Positions 26,258 through 39,466 are shown, counted from the stretch's first letter. The stretch: DNA of 64,000 nucleotides from Glaucostegus cemiculus (GCA_976551045.1 CDPCPM010000180.1:1922001-1986000), one strand, 5' to 3'. Numbers and translations: made by a program. Notes: a model not told the origin generated them from the letters alone.

Positions 26258-26496
26258 AATCAATTTGACAACCTGTTTCGGAAGTATATCACATACACAG
26301 GTGGTGAAGAGCTGTTTGGTCTGCCCGTCACTGAATATCCTCAGTTGCTAGAAATAAAGAAGCAATTGACTTTACTCCAGAAACTATACAGCTTGTACAA
26401 TAACGTGATCAATACTGTGAACAGTTACTATGACATCTTGTGGTCGGAGGTCAACATTGAAAAGATCAACAGTGAGCTTACGGAGTTTCAGATAAG
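26258..26496 (+). CDS. DNAH5: window exon 13 ([23 protein letters not shown]...EFQI)
   Basis: tgccag|AAT ... ATAAG|gtcatg; 239 nt, phase 0-2. Confidence 0.94.
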
Positions 26497-28029
26497 GTCA
26501 TGATTACACTTTGAGAAGTTGCGCTTTGACATTGATAATTGAAAATTGTCATTTTTGTTATTTTCAATTTGGATGTGAATATGGATTAAACCAAAACATT
26601 TCCATGGCCACTAATATTCTATATCCTATAATACTGAGAGAGATGCTGTTCTGTCAGGTGTGCATCCAGTGATACATTGACTCTTGATTCTATGTGGTGA
26701 GACTGCTGGGAGAGCTCGTTACCTAGAGGAGTGTCTGGGCTGGGGAGAGCTGTGCAACCAAAGAGAAAGGGAGACGACAATCCCGTCACATCCAACAAAA
26801 CCATTCTCCCAACTGGCCCAAAACCGGCCTTCAAAGGCAGCCTCTGCACACTGAGCTGCAGAATAATGCATTGCTGGGGGAGCATCAGCAGGTCAGGGAT
26901 CTGCGACAGGTTCCCGATGCACCAGCAGCAAGGGCAGAGTTTCAGGCCAGATTCCAGGCATAGCAGCTTGCAGCCCGAAAGGATGTATTTTAAGGTGCAG
27001 GAGGGTATGTATCTCTGTGTGTTGGCATTGGCTGAGCAAGAGCACTGTGATGAATCAAGACTCTGTGGGGTAGTGCTACACTGGATACCTGTGTAATTTT
27101 AAATTAATGAACAGTTTAAGGAGCTCCATAAGTTTTTGTTACATTTTAATTTGTAGCATACTTGGAGGCAAAGGCTCAGATGAATTGATTATATAGCTGT
27201 ATGTGGACTGCATCTGAATTGAAAGCTGCACAGCTAGATTTAGAGAGTGGTACCAAATAGTTACTGACCAAATTAAAGAATTTATTTTTTTCAAATGGTA
27301 TCTAAGAACCCCTCTGGTTTTGAAACGTTTCCAACTTGCTGTTAGGTTTTATTCTTCTTCTCTGACTGCTGATTTGTGTTTTTCAGCCTTTATGCTGCTG
27401 CATGAAGTATAAATTCCCCATTGCTCTATCAGATGAAATTAGCATCATGGTTGTCCTCAACAATCAAGTCAATGTTCTCATTTTTGGTGTCATGCCAAGA
27501 GATTCAGTAGCTCATATTTAATTTCAAAATACCATAAGGGGATCTTCTCCATGAAAATGCATTTTTCCAATTATTATTCTAGTTATGAAGCCTTTCAACA
27601 TATTTCACTGTATAGTAAGTATATACTCTGAGGAAACTTCATGGAAATTTGATCAGTTTTTGATTTGTGGTATGCTGCTTTGCATCTCCTTTGGGGTGAG
27701 TTGTGGTCAGATGGAAAATGATGTGGGTGGATGCACAGACGTCCTGTATGTGCTCCTAAAAAGTAAAGATGTCCAATTCCTCCCCCTCCTTCCAAGTGCT
27801 GTAAGATGTCTGATAAATGCATGTCCTTGACTCCAAAAGACTGCCTGAGAGAAAAGTGCTTCATCCACCAACACTAACGTCCATTGTTGGATCATCAGCA
27901 AAAATAAACTAAAATAAGTTATGCACAGCTAAGGTCTGTGATGCCATAAGAAACCAGCAACAATTATAAACTTATCTTTGAATGTTCCATACCTTTCTTC
28001 AATCTTTATTGCAATTACTTGTACTTCAG

Positions 28030-28270
28030 GTGTCGCAAGCTTCCTCGTGCTTTGAAAGAATGGCAAGCATTCCTGGACTTGAAGCAAACTATTGAGGATT
28101 TTAATGAATGCTGCCCACTGTTAGAGCACATGTCCAACAAAGCTATGATGCTACGGCACTGGAAGCGAATTGCAGAAACCACAGGGCATAGCTTTGACGT
28201 AGAAAGTGAAATGTTCAAGTTGAGAAACATTATGGAAGCCTCAATATTGAAGTATAAAGAAGAAATTGAG
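28030..28270 (+). CDS. DNAH5: window exon 14, linker ([14 protein letters not shown]...KEEIE)
   Basis: cttcag|G ... GAG|gtattt; 241 nt, phase 2-0. Confidence 0.95.
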
Positions 28271-28767
28271 GTATTTGTTTTATGTTAAACGACGGAATGC
28301 TTTTGCAAGATGGGAAACCTAAATGGAATAATGTAAATTATTAATAGTCACTATAATGTATTGCTTTCTTCAAATATAAGCACCACTGATACTTCACAAT
28401 TTATAGATTATTGAGATCTTCAAATGGAGATCTCTTTTAAGATGCAAACAATATTAAGGAGTTATATACTTGTTTATTGGAAGTCTGTCCTCTCGATTTG
28501 CTTAATTATCTTTTTATTGAGGCATCAGATTTTACAAAAGAAAAAATGAATGTGTGGGATAACTCCAGTTCTAGTCTAAAGTTAGTTGGAGCAGGCTTCA
28601 GCAAAGTCAATTCTTTAGTTTTTACATTAAAGAAAGAATAAACTACTGTGCCAAAATTTTAAAAGCAGTGTGTTGTTAAGCTTGGATTGTGCCATGTCTC
28701 TCAAAACCTGAACATTCTCAAGTGCACGGTTGGATTTTCGTTATGTGGCACACATGTCATTCATGAA

Positions 28768-29105
28768 TATAAAAACAGTGCAGGAAGCACTGAGCATTCA
28801 GGCAACATATGTAGAAAGAGAAACTGTGGGCATTTAATATTGAAGACCCTTTACTAGAACCAGGAAAAGAGAAAACAAAATAGTTTTAACTTACAGAGAG
28901 GTTGGAGTGAATGGAGAAAACAAAGGGAATATCTCGAGTTGGGTGGGACCAGGATTGCCTGATAAGATGTGAAAGACGCTCTCTGGGTGATGAGGGAATT
29001 GAGAAAGAGAACAAACAAAGGGACATTTGCTCTCAGACCTGCTGATTGTTTCCAGCATTTCTGTTTATGTTTCAGATTTCTAGCGTCTGCAGTTCTTTGA
29101 TTTTC
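28768..29105. repeat. Penelope-like 3' region (minus) closed by a short inverted arm
   Basis: 28770-28955 is antisense-like to 30430-30630; ends cagacctgctgattgtttccagcatttctg...atttctagcgtctgcag. Confidence 0.6.
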
Positions 29106-29320
29106 ATCACTCGCATTAGAACTGTTTCTGATATTTAAATCGCATCTAAGCTACAGAATATTAAAGCATTCATCATATCATTATGCATACTTGAATAAGA
29201 AATTTTGGGTTCATGACCAATCATTTGTACATAGTCTGTACTTGTTTCTTACATACAGACAAGGTCTTCCAGTTACGACTATCATGATAAGAACAGTCTC
29301 TGTTTGTTGTTTTATTGCAG

Positions 29321-29520
29321 GATATTTGCATTAGTGCAGTGAAAGAGAAAGACATTGAGCAGAAATTAAAACAGGTTATAGCAGAATGGGATTGCAAAAC
29401 ATTCACTTTTGCCAGTTTCAAAACACGTGGTGAACTTCTGCTGAGAGGGGACAGTACATCGGAAATCATTGCCAATATGGAGGACAGCTTGATGGTCCTG
29501 GGTTCACTGATGAGTAACAG
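29321..29520 (+). CDS. DNAH5: window exon 15 ([16 protein letters not shown]...LMSN)
   Basis: ttgcag|GAT ... AACAG|gttagt; 200 nt, phase 0-2. Confidence 0.95.
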
Positions 29521-29742
29521 GTTAGTTATGTACATGTATCATAACCTTGCTTCAGATTAGTTAGCTGTTGATTACAGAGACAATTGATGTAGATTACTTT
29601 CAAGCAATGTTTAATGAAGGCAAATCTTTCTGTTTAAATATAGCTTTATTTTTTAAAAACTGTCGATACAATATAGAAAATGAATTTTAAAAATGTGGTT
29701 CATTTTGGGTAAAGATTGTACTGTATTCTTATTTTGTGGCAG

Positions 29743-29896
29743 GTACAATACCCCATTCAAGGCACAGATTCAGAAATGGGTTCACAATCTGTCTAACACA
29801 ACTGATATTATTGAGAACTGGATGACTGTACAGAATTTGTGGATTTATTTGGAGGCAGTTTTTGTAGGTGGAGATATTGCTAAGCAACTCCCAAAG
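29743..29896 (+). CDS. DNAH5: window exon 16 ([12 protein letters not shown]...IAKQLPK)
   Basis: tggcag|G ... AAG|gtatgg; 154 nt, phase 2-0. Confidence 0.95.
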
Positions 29897-30109
29897 GTAT
29901 GGAAATGGCTGGGAGGAGTTGTACTTTTCTTAAATCATAAGCTGTTCCAGGTTGAAGACAATTGTTAGGATTTCTCTTTTCAGTATGAAACTTCACCCCT
30001 GAAACCTGCCAAATTGATGAAAGTGCTAGATCTGATTTCTAAGTAACATGGGATCTGGAATACAGTAAAAGATATTTGTTTTAATGTATATAATATGATT
30101 TTTGCCACC

Positions 30110-30635
30110 TTAGTTCACCATTCCACTCCCATTTTGACCTTCCTGTTTGTGGCCTTCTGTACTATTACAACAAGGTCCAACGTAAGCTTTAGGAGTAATG
30201 TATCGTCTGCGCCTGAGCATATTACAGCCCACAGGACTCAATATCAAATTGACCAACTTCAGATAACTCACTCTCTCTTTCTGTTTGTCTCAGAACTGGC
30301 CATTTTTGCCTGGCATTGTTTGGCTCTGTTTTTTATTGTATAGTCTGGCCTGGTGAGCATGTCCCACATTAGCAACACATTACACAGACAAAGAAGCTTA
30401 ATCTGATTTTAACTGCCACATAAACTCATCTGGTCTCACCCTATCAGAGATGTACCCTTTGTTTCATCCTCCCTCTCTCCTTCCTCCTCTGCTGCCTTAA
30501 ACTAATTGGTTTTCTCTCCTTCCCAGTTCTGACAAAGCGTACCAGACCTGAACTGTTAACTGTCTTTCTTTCCAGAGATGCTGCCTGATCATTTTCTTTG
30601 TTTATTTTTGACTTCCAGTGTCTGCATTTTTTTGT
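30110..30635 (+). mobile_element. Penelope-like element 3' fragment: GIY-YIG C-terminus, 3' region, decayed hammerhead
   Basis: HFDLPVCGLLYYYNKVQRKL*E* then RLSILQPTGLNIKLTNFR*; downstream cagtt-CTGACAA...GAACTGTT-aactg. Confidence 0.75.
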
Positions 30636-30980
30636 CTGCTCCATGGAGAGAAGTTATAATGGAGAGAATACAATCTTTAGTTACACTCTGCAGCACAGTA
30701 GAGCTCTACTATGTCATGTCAGTGTGCTACCTGTGCAGAATATTAACTTCCAACATATTGGGGTAGAAATTGATAAATGTTGTTCAGTTTATTTGAGCTT
30801 AATCTGGACATATGGCATTCTAATTTACCATTGGCATGCACCACAAACATCAGTGTCATTGATAAATGTTGCAGATACTTTTGTAAACATTCAGGGGACT
30901 GTCTAAAGGTGGCTTAGGATGCTCTTAAAATATAGATTAAATTCTAAATTTTTTCAAAAAATATTTAAAATTTTTTAAAA

Positions 30981-31224
30981 AATTTTATTTACAGCGTGGT
31001 AACAGACCCTCCCAGCCCAACGAGTCCGCGCCGCCCATTTTAAACCCCCATATTAACTTACCCGTACGTCTTTTTTAGAATGTGGGAGGAAACTGGAGCA
31101 CCCGGAGGAAACCCACCCAAACATGAGAGAACATACAAACTCCTTACAGACAGCAACGGGAATTGAACCCCGATCACTGGAGCTGTAATAGCGTCGCGCT
31201 AACCGCTATGCTACTGTGTCGCCC
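30981..31224 (-). mobile_element. tRNA-derived V-SINE (HE1-like), CR1-type tail
   Basis: Minus strand starts gggcgacacagTAGCATAGCGG (box A), GGTTCAATTCCC (box B), V-core gggtttcctccgggtgctccagtttcctcccaca. Confidence 0.85.
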
Positions 31225-31709
31225 ATAAAGCAACTTTTGCCAATAAAATGCCCATGAAGTGACTCCTTTTGAAGAACCTGGCAAACAATATTGCTCATGT
31301 CCTGCCTACTTAGCATGAAAAACAAAGGTGTTTTTTTTAACTGTACCTCAGTACATGTGTCAATAATAAGCCAATTAACCAATTTAATTTAAGCTACTTT
31401 GACATTTTTGGTAAGTAATGAGACGTAGAAATAAAGTGTGTATAAAGCTTGAAAATCAGAGGAGAAATAAGTGATGAGGAACTATAGTGTCAATCACAGA
31501 AAGCTCGAGAAAGCTAAGTTGCAAACATGAACTGTTAAGGGAGTACATTGGACAATTGGAAGGTGAGTTGCAAAGATTATATACATTAGGAACAAGAGAA
31601 GATAACAGAGGTTTACCAGTGACAATGTCAATGGATAAGGAAGTGGCAATTTACTAACTTGCTATTTTGCCATTGATTTTCTTCCTTTGTCATTCTACTT
31701 TGACTCAAG

Positions 31710-31873
31710 GAAGCCAAACGTTTTTCAAACATTGACAAATCTTGGGTGAAAATCATGACTCGGGCTCATGAGACCCCAAATGTGGTGCATTGCTGTGTAG
31801 GTGATGAAACCATGGGACAACTTTTACCACATTTACTGGAACAACTGGAAATCTGTCAGAAGTCTTTGACAGG
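31710..31873 (+). CDS. DNAH5: window exon 17 ([16 protein letters not shown]...CQKSLT)
   Basis: ctcaag|GAA ... ACAGG|gtaagt; 164 nt, phase 0-2. Confidence 0.94.
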
Positions 31874-32239
31874 GTAAGTCTTTAACCTATTGAGCTGCCA
31901 TCATCAGAACTGTTTCCAATCATACTGATTCAGACCCGATCTTTAATTTTAAAACCTGAAATGTCTGAAACACTTAAATTATGGTGTTTGGTTGTAATTT
32001 TGCAAGACTAGTTTGGTTATTGTGTTTATAGCTTTTGTGACACCAGTAACGTTATTTCATTTAAATTTTAGGTGTTAAATAAACGCTGTACTGCAAAACA
32101 TTTCTATTGGTTTCCTCTAGTTGAGCTAAAAGTTATTTAATTTTAATCCTCACATTGTGAAAATGTGGGTTAAATGTTACGGTTGTCCTTGTTATCACTT
32201 TGTCTGCCTATTGGCTATTGCTTTATCTTGCTCTTACAG

Positions 32240-32396
32240 GTACCTTGAAAAGAAAAGGCTGCTTTTTCCTCGGTTCTTTTTTGTATCTGATCCAGCCCTC
32301 CTTGAAATCCTTGGTCAGGCTTCAGATTCTCATACCATCCAAGCACACCTGCTGAACATTTTTGACAACATCAAAACTGTCCGCTTCCATGACCGG
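32240..32396 (+). CDS. DNAH5: window exon 18 ([17 protein letters not shown]...FHDR)
   Basis: ttacag|G ... CGG|gtaagg; 157 nt, phase 2-0. Confidence 0.95.
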
Positions 32397-32827
32397 GTAA
32401 GGTGAAGAACCAGGGAATTGAATTATATGTTTATGATTCAATGCAAAAAGAAATATTAAGGTTAATTTTCTTTTTTGTCATCTTTGGGACAGTGTATATG
32501 GGAAAGGCAGGAAGCATAATACCAGGTGTTCAGTGAAGGCTGCTAATGTCCTGTTCATTCCTCCAAATGAACTGAAAATTGAGCAGCCTCCAATTTGCAC
32601 ATGTGCTCAGGTCTCAGGAAATTAGACCCTACATCTCGCTGAGAAATGGCAATTGAAGCCTAGGACAGTAGCTAAGCTACAGTAAGCAACACAGTTTGAA
32701 ATCCATTATTTCTGAGCCATTAACTTATTCAACTAATAAGGTTTGTTGAGTTGCATTGAAATTCAGATGGGACATGGTTATGCAGCAAGTTGGATACATT
32801 ATAGAGTCAGTATGTCTTTATTAACAG

Positions 32828-33040
32828 GTGTATGATCGTATTTTGGCTGTGTCTTCACGTGAGGGTGAAATAATTGAACTGGATAAACCTATTATGGCAG
32901 AAGGAAATGTAGAGGTCTGGCTAAATGCTTTACTTCTGGAATCTCAGAAATCCCTCCATCTGGTCATCCGTTCTGCATCTATGAGCATTCAGGACACTGC
33001 TTTCCAACTGACTGAGTTCCTTAATTATTATCCAGCACAG
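32828..33040 (+). CDS. DNAH5: window exon 19 ([14 protein letters not shown]...YPAQ)
   Basis: taacag|GTG ... CAG|gtatac; 213 nt, phase 0-0. Confidence 0.95.
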
Positions 33041-33583
33041 GTATACTTCTAATTAAAACATTGCAATGTATTCTATGTTTATTTGCATTTGAAATATGGA
33101 CTTGGTACCTACACCATTTTATAATGAAGACATATCTTTTGTTAGTTTTCCCTTTGCTGTAAATTTTGTCTGAGGAAAGTCATATAATCAAGAATCCATT
33201 GATATTTTGTGAGGATTTGTTTTTAATGTTGCTTTTTTTACAATTCCCTTTTTAAAATATCATTAGAAATCATTGAATACTTCTAAATGTACAGGTTGAT
33301 CTCCAAATTTGTAGCAGTTTGTTAATTCTTGTTTACACTGAGTGCTTGTGATTCAACCTGGAATCTTATGATAGAACTAATGCTTTTATGCATTCAAAAC
33401 AGGGGTTACTCAAGGTAAAAATGACAATTTTCTATTCTTCTAAGAACAAAGTGGGTCATATTTATTTAAATGTAAGCATTAGAGGTAAACTGACTGGCCT
33501 ATTTTGTTTGAGTATTTTATGTTGCATAAAAACACTATCAATGTCAGATTGTATCAACCTACAGACTTTTTTTCTTTCTAAAG

Positions 33584-33808
33584 GTTGGGTTGCTTGGAAT
33601 TCAAATGATTTGGACAAGAGATTCTGAAGAAGCATTAACCCATGCCAAATATGACCGAAAGATTATGCAACAGACCAATCAATCATTCTTAGAATTGCTG
33701 AATACCCTAATTGATATGACAACGAAAGATTTGAGTGCTATGGAGCGTGTGAAATACGAGACTCTTATCACTATTCATGTGCACCAGCGAGATATCTTTG
33801 ATGACCTG
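33584..33808 (+). CDS. DNAH5: window exon 20 ([13 protein letters not shown]...[12 protein letters not shown])
   Basis: ctaaag|GTT ... CTG|gtagga; 225 nt, phase 0-0. Confidence 0.94.
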
Positions 33809-34490
33809 GTAGGAATTAAGTTAAATAATGAGCCTCTCTATTAACCCATAATAATTACATTTTGTTTGCCTAAAGGTTTTGGAAAAGTAAGTTGAATCAT
33901 CAAAATCCTGTTTGATGAACGTTTGACAATAAACAAACCCTCAGCAGTGGTTATCCAGTTTAATCTGTTTTTTTATTCTTTAGAAAATGCATGCATTTGG
34001 AAAGTGGAATCCAGCTAACATGATTAACAAAATAATATAAACCAGGGTTTAAAACTTTAAACAGCAGAACATTCTGAAACATTTTTGTAATATTTTTACA
34101 ATATAGTGTTATATTCTTGTATATTTCCAACTCTTGAAGATGATGTTTAATGGGATCTGAAAAGTTCTTGTTATTTGAACATTAATCTGCAGGTTTGATT
34201 CACCATTTAGTGATCCAAAATCTGGAAAATAAAATGTTAATTTCAGTGTAGGTAGTCTTAATCTCCTTGTCTTAATGGTGAAAATTATTTGAACAGACAT
34301 TGGTTATTAAGCCCCTTGAGTCTGTTTTGCTTTTCAATAGAATATTGGCTGATGTACAACACAGCTCCCTTTCTGCCTTTTTATCAATATTCTGGGCACT
34401 GTTATTAAACAACAATCAATTTAACTCAGCCTTGAAGCTTTTGATTAGCCTAGTATATACAGCCTATTCCTGTGCAAACTTCCAGGTTTA

Positions 34491-34643
<153 letters not shown>

Positions 34644-34882
34644 TTATATCTTTGCTTGAAGTAATCAGGTTGGAACTGTGGTTTTAACTGCTATCTGAGT
34701 AATTTAATTTTTAACAGAAAATAATTTGTATCCTTTGATAACTAAAAGCTCGTATTTGGTCACTTCTTTGTGCACGTTGAGCGCCCACAGGAAATTTCAG
34801 TCCTGAGTATTCCCTTGTCTGACTGAAGAAGGGATATCTTATTAATGTTCAGTGTGGCCAACAGACAAGAAAGCAGATCCTC

Positions 34883-35320
34883 ACAGTTCCTCTTTTCCTC
34901 CTCTGTGGCTTAGTCCCTCAATTCTTTTCACTTTTACATAATCACCTCTGAACTGTATTCTCAACTTAGACTCATGGTGATTCAACACAGGAGCAACAAG
35001 GAGCTCCTTGTGGAGGAATTGAATTGTGGAGGAATACAAAAGAGGAATTGTAGTCGGGTGAGCCTAACCCCAAAGATATGCCTTGCAGTTGCACTGTTTA
35101 AGGATATTCATGTGCTTGAGGGTTTGTTGGAAAGTTGCATATCGATTGTTAAACTTTATTTGAGGGGCTGGGTCAATGCTGAAAGAACTCATTTTGCAGA
35201 GTTGGGTGAGAATACAGTTACTTAAGAGTAGCAAGATTCGAGGGACTTGGACTCACAGTGATTCAACACAGGAGCCACAAAGAGGAGGAAAAGAGGAACT
35301 GTAGTCTGGAGAGTCTAACT
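34883..35320. repeat. composite inverted plus direct repeat
   Basis: 34883-34926 inverted vs 35233-35302; about 34969-35070 direct vs 35249-35320. Confidence 0.75.
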
Positions 35321-35653
35321 CTGAGTCTTGAGGGAAGGATGTTCCAGTTCTTTGAGGAGGATTGCTGGTTGATTACAGCACGTGTGCAATTCTCATGAAC
35401 TGTCTTTCTCTTCATGTACATTTCTGGGAAAATCATTCTGATTTATAGCTTATGCACACAGATACTTCTTGCCTGAAAACTCTGTTCCTAAGGCACTGAG
35501 CCTACCAAGCATGACTCCATCATGTAGCATCATTTTAACACTATTTTATGAGCAATACAATTTCTAGCCCCTGTTATTTTCTCCATTTCAGAGTTAAAGA
35601 TACAGAAGTAGCCAAGAACAATTTCTGGTTTCTGAAATATCTTTGTTTTACAG

Positions 35654-35826
35654 TGTCGTTTGCACATCAAAAGTCGCACGGATTTTGAATGGCTGAAACA
35701 ATGCAGATTTTATTTTAATGAGGACTCCGACAGGATGCTAATCAATATAACAGATGTTGGATTCGTGTATCAGAATGAGTTCCTGGGTTGCACAGACAGA
35801 TTGGTTATAACGCCACTTACTGACAG
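35654..35826 (+). CDS. DNAH5: window exon 21, start of AAA1 ([16 protein letters not shown]...RLVITPLTD)
   Basis: ttacag|TGT ... GACAG|gtgaga; 173 nt, phase 0-2. Confidence 0.95.
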
Positions 35827-36125
35827 GTGAGAAACTGGATAGCTTAACCCTGCTATGTTTATTAAGCTTTTTTAATTCTTGGGAGGTGGATGTTGCTGAT
35901 AATACATTCATTTGCCATCCCTAATTCCCATAGAGAATGTGCTAGTTAGCTGCAGCCAGTCTCTGGGGCAAAGTTCTTGAATGTAAGAAGTTCCAAGATT
36001 TGGATATAGTGCTATTGAAGCAACCGAGAAATTATTTCGGTCAGGAGGGAACTTTGAATTAGTAGTCCCCTGTGTTTGCTAATCCTGTGTATCCTGATGA
36101 TAAAGGTTTCATGTTTTTGAGAAGT

Positions 36126-36227
36126 GAAATAAAAACAGAAAATACTGGAAGATCTTGCAGGTCAGGCATCATCCATGGGAAGAGAAACAGAGTTTAGAAT
36201 TTGAGGTCTGAGACCCATTGCCTTCAG
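36126..36227 (-). repeat. single-arm Penelope-derived element with flanking duplication
   Basis: Same arm as the fold-backs; flanked by aggtttcatgtttttgagaagt and aggtttcatcttttgaaagt. Confidence 0.65.
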
Positions 36228-36282
36228 GTTTCATCTTTTGAAAGTAGTGTCAGATGAGCCTTGGTGAGTTGTTGGAGTACTT

Positions 36283-36962
36283 ATAGAACATAGAATAGTA
36301 TGGCACAGGAACAGGCCCTGTAGCCCACGTTGTTTGCCGATCTAATTAAACTAGTAATTAAACACCTAACTAATCTAACCCCTTCCACCTCCACAATGTC
36401 CATATTCCACCATTCTCTGCGCATTCATGTGCCTAAGTGCCTCTTATATGCTTCATTCATAATTGCCTCAACTACCACCCCTGGCAGTGCATTCCAGGTA
36501 CCCACCACTCTCTGTGTAGAAAAAAAAAATTGCCCTGCACATCTCCTTTGAACTCCCCACCTTAAGTGCACACCCTCTAGTATTAGACATTTCGATCCTG
36601 GGTAAAAGGTACCAACTGTCTACTCTGTATATGCCTCTCATAATCTTATAAACTTCTATCAGGTCTCCCCTCAGTTTCCGCTGCTCCAGAGAAAACAACC
36701 CAAGTTTGTCCAACTTCTCCATATAGTACATGCCTTCTGATCCAGGCGGCATCCTGGTAAGTCTCTTCTGTGCCCTTTCCAAAGCCTCCATATCCTACCT
36801 AAAATGGGGCAACCAGAATTGAATGCAATACTCCAGATGTGGTCTAACCAGACCTTTATAAAGCTGCAACATAATTTTCTGACTCTTGAATTCAGAGCCA
36901 CAACTAATAAAGGCAAACATGCCTTTTGCCGCCTTTCCCACCCTATCAACTCATGCAGCCAC
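36283..36962 (-). mobile_element. CR1 LINE 3' fragment, relatively well preserved
   Basis: MEALERAQKRLTRMPPG...LGLFSLEQRKLRGDLIEVYKIMRG. Confidence 0.92.
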
Positions 36963-37142
36963 TTCTTGTAGGTGGTAAACACTGTTTGTCATCAAGTGGG
37001 TTTGCATGTTGTAGAGTTTAAGTGATGTTTGACCTTCACTTATCCTGCTATTTCTAGAACTTGGTTTAATTTGAGTATTTAGATTGCACTTTATCCATTT
37101 CATAGCAGTAATGTTTCATAGCATACTGCTGCTTACTTTTGA

Positions 37143-38067
<925 letters not shown>

Positions 38068-38279
38068 TGACAACATTTAAATGTATATTTCCTCTTGGCC
38101 ACTTCTTTCATCTTCATGTGTACCGAGAGAGCAGCTAGGTGGTAGATTTAACAGTTTTTCTCAAATTGGCCACTAGATGGTAGACAAGCAACAAAATTTA
38201 CTCACTAAGCTTCTCAGAAAGCCTACAGAATATAAGGTCTTCCATACAAGGTCCATTTTAATGCAACATCCCCACTAAC

Positions 38280-38485
38280 TACTGGGGATCTCTGGCCCAT
38301 GAGTATTCGATGTGGAGACAAAGTATTCAGGATGGTATTGAGAACCTTGAGTCCATCCACACAGAAGCCCAACGAATGTGCATCACCCCACAGACCTGTC
38401 AGTCGTCTCTTACCCTTTCTTTGGAAGAGCTTAGAATAACTCTCATGACCAGATTTGATCCCAAAGACTGCTTAAGGAGAAGAAA
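38280..38485 (+). mobile_element. RTE LINE 3' fragment
   Basis: Similar to 54480-54755 (caggatggtattgag; gatcccaaagactgcttaaggaagaag). Confidence 0.6.
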
Positions 38486-38520
38486 ATTCTGCAACCTAAT
38501 CTAGTCATTGTTTTTTGAAA

Positions 38521-38728
38521 AGCAGAATGTTGCAGGTGCTGGAAATCTGAAATAAAAGCAGAAAAAAAACTGGAGTGCACAGCAGGTCAGGCAGCATTTG
38601 TGGAGGGGTAATTTTTCAGGTCAGTGACCTTCCTTCAGATGCAAGCTCATTAACCTGAAACATTAACTGCATTTTTTCACTGATGCTGTCCGACCTGCTA
38701 AGTATTCCCAACATTTCTGTTTTTATAT
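38521..38728. repeat. Penelope-derived fold-back with head-to-head hammerhead remnants
   Basis: agcaggtcaggcagcat pairs with atgctgtccgacctgct; minus 38608-38639 reads tCTGAAGGA-AGGTC-act-GACCT-GAAAaattac. Confidence 0.75.
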
Positions 38729-39278
38729 TAGCCATTATTTATTGTTTTGTCCAAGTACAAACTTGCATTTCTCTGTTTTTGGGGATAATTTATTTTTTAG
38801 AACAATATAACTGTGATAGGTGGCACAGTATTATTTGAGGGAATAAAAACTTGTGTTTGAATTATATTTTTAGCATGAAGCCTGCTGGAATCTACAATGG
38901 TTAAATGTTAGCTAACAACCTCTGAACGTTAAGCAGAAAGTGTGAAAGCTTGAGATGCATTGTTCCTGCACAAATGAAATGCTTCAAACAAATTTGCCCT
39001 AGAACAGAGATATAAATATTGCTTGGAACATGCAATGTGCCTTTATGTAACTGGTACATTTTTGCTATGTGAATTATCTTGTATTTTGTCTGCAACTAGT
39101 TTTCAAGTGAAAAGAATACTTCCATTTATATTTCTAGCCTCTAAATAGGTTAACAATTTTCACTGTAACATTTTACGTAAATAGCCTTAAGAAAGAAAAT
39201 GGATATTTTCCATCTATTGTGGAAGTCCCTTAGCTATCTTCAACACTTGCTGTACAATATGAATTGTTATTTTCATAG

Positions 39279-39466
39279 GTTTAGCACAGTCTGGATCCTG
39301 GGGTTGCTTTGATGAATTTAATCGCATTGACCTACCAGTCCTGTCAGTGGCTGCGCAGCAGATTGCAATAGTATTGACGTGCAAAAAGGAACGCAAGAAA
39401 AGCTTCATATTTACTGATGGAGATTCTGTAGAAATGAATCCTGAATTTGGAATATTTCTTACAATG
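39279..39466 (+). CDS. DNAH5: window exon 23, AAA1 Walker B ([10 protein letters not shown])
   Basis: tcatag|GT ... ATG|gtaagt; 188 nt, phase 1-0. Confidence 0.96.

Noticed and set aside
31140-31224. tRNA gene (also 42740-42821)
   Set aside because: Box A/B head runs straight into a SINE core and LINE tail; no acceptor stem evident.
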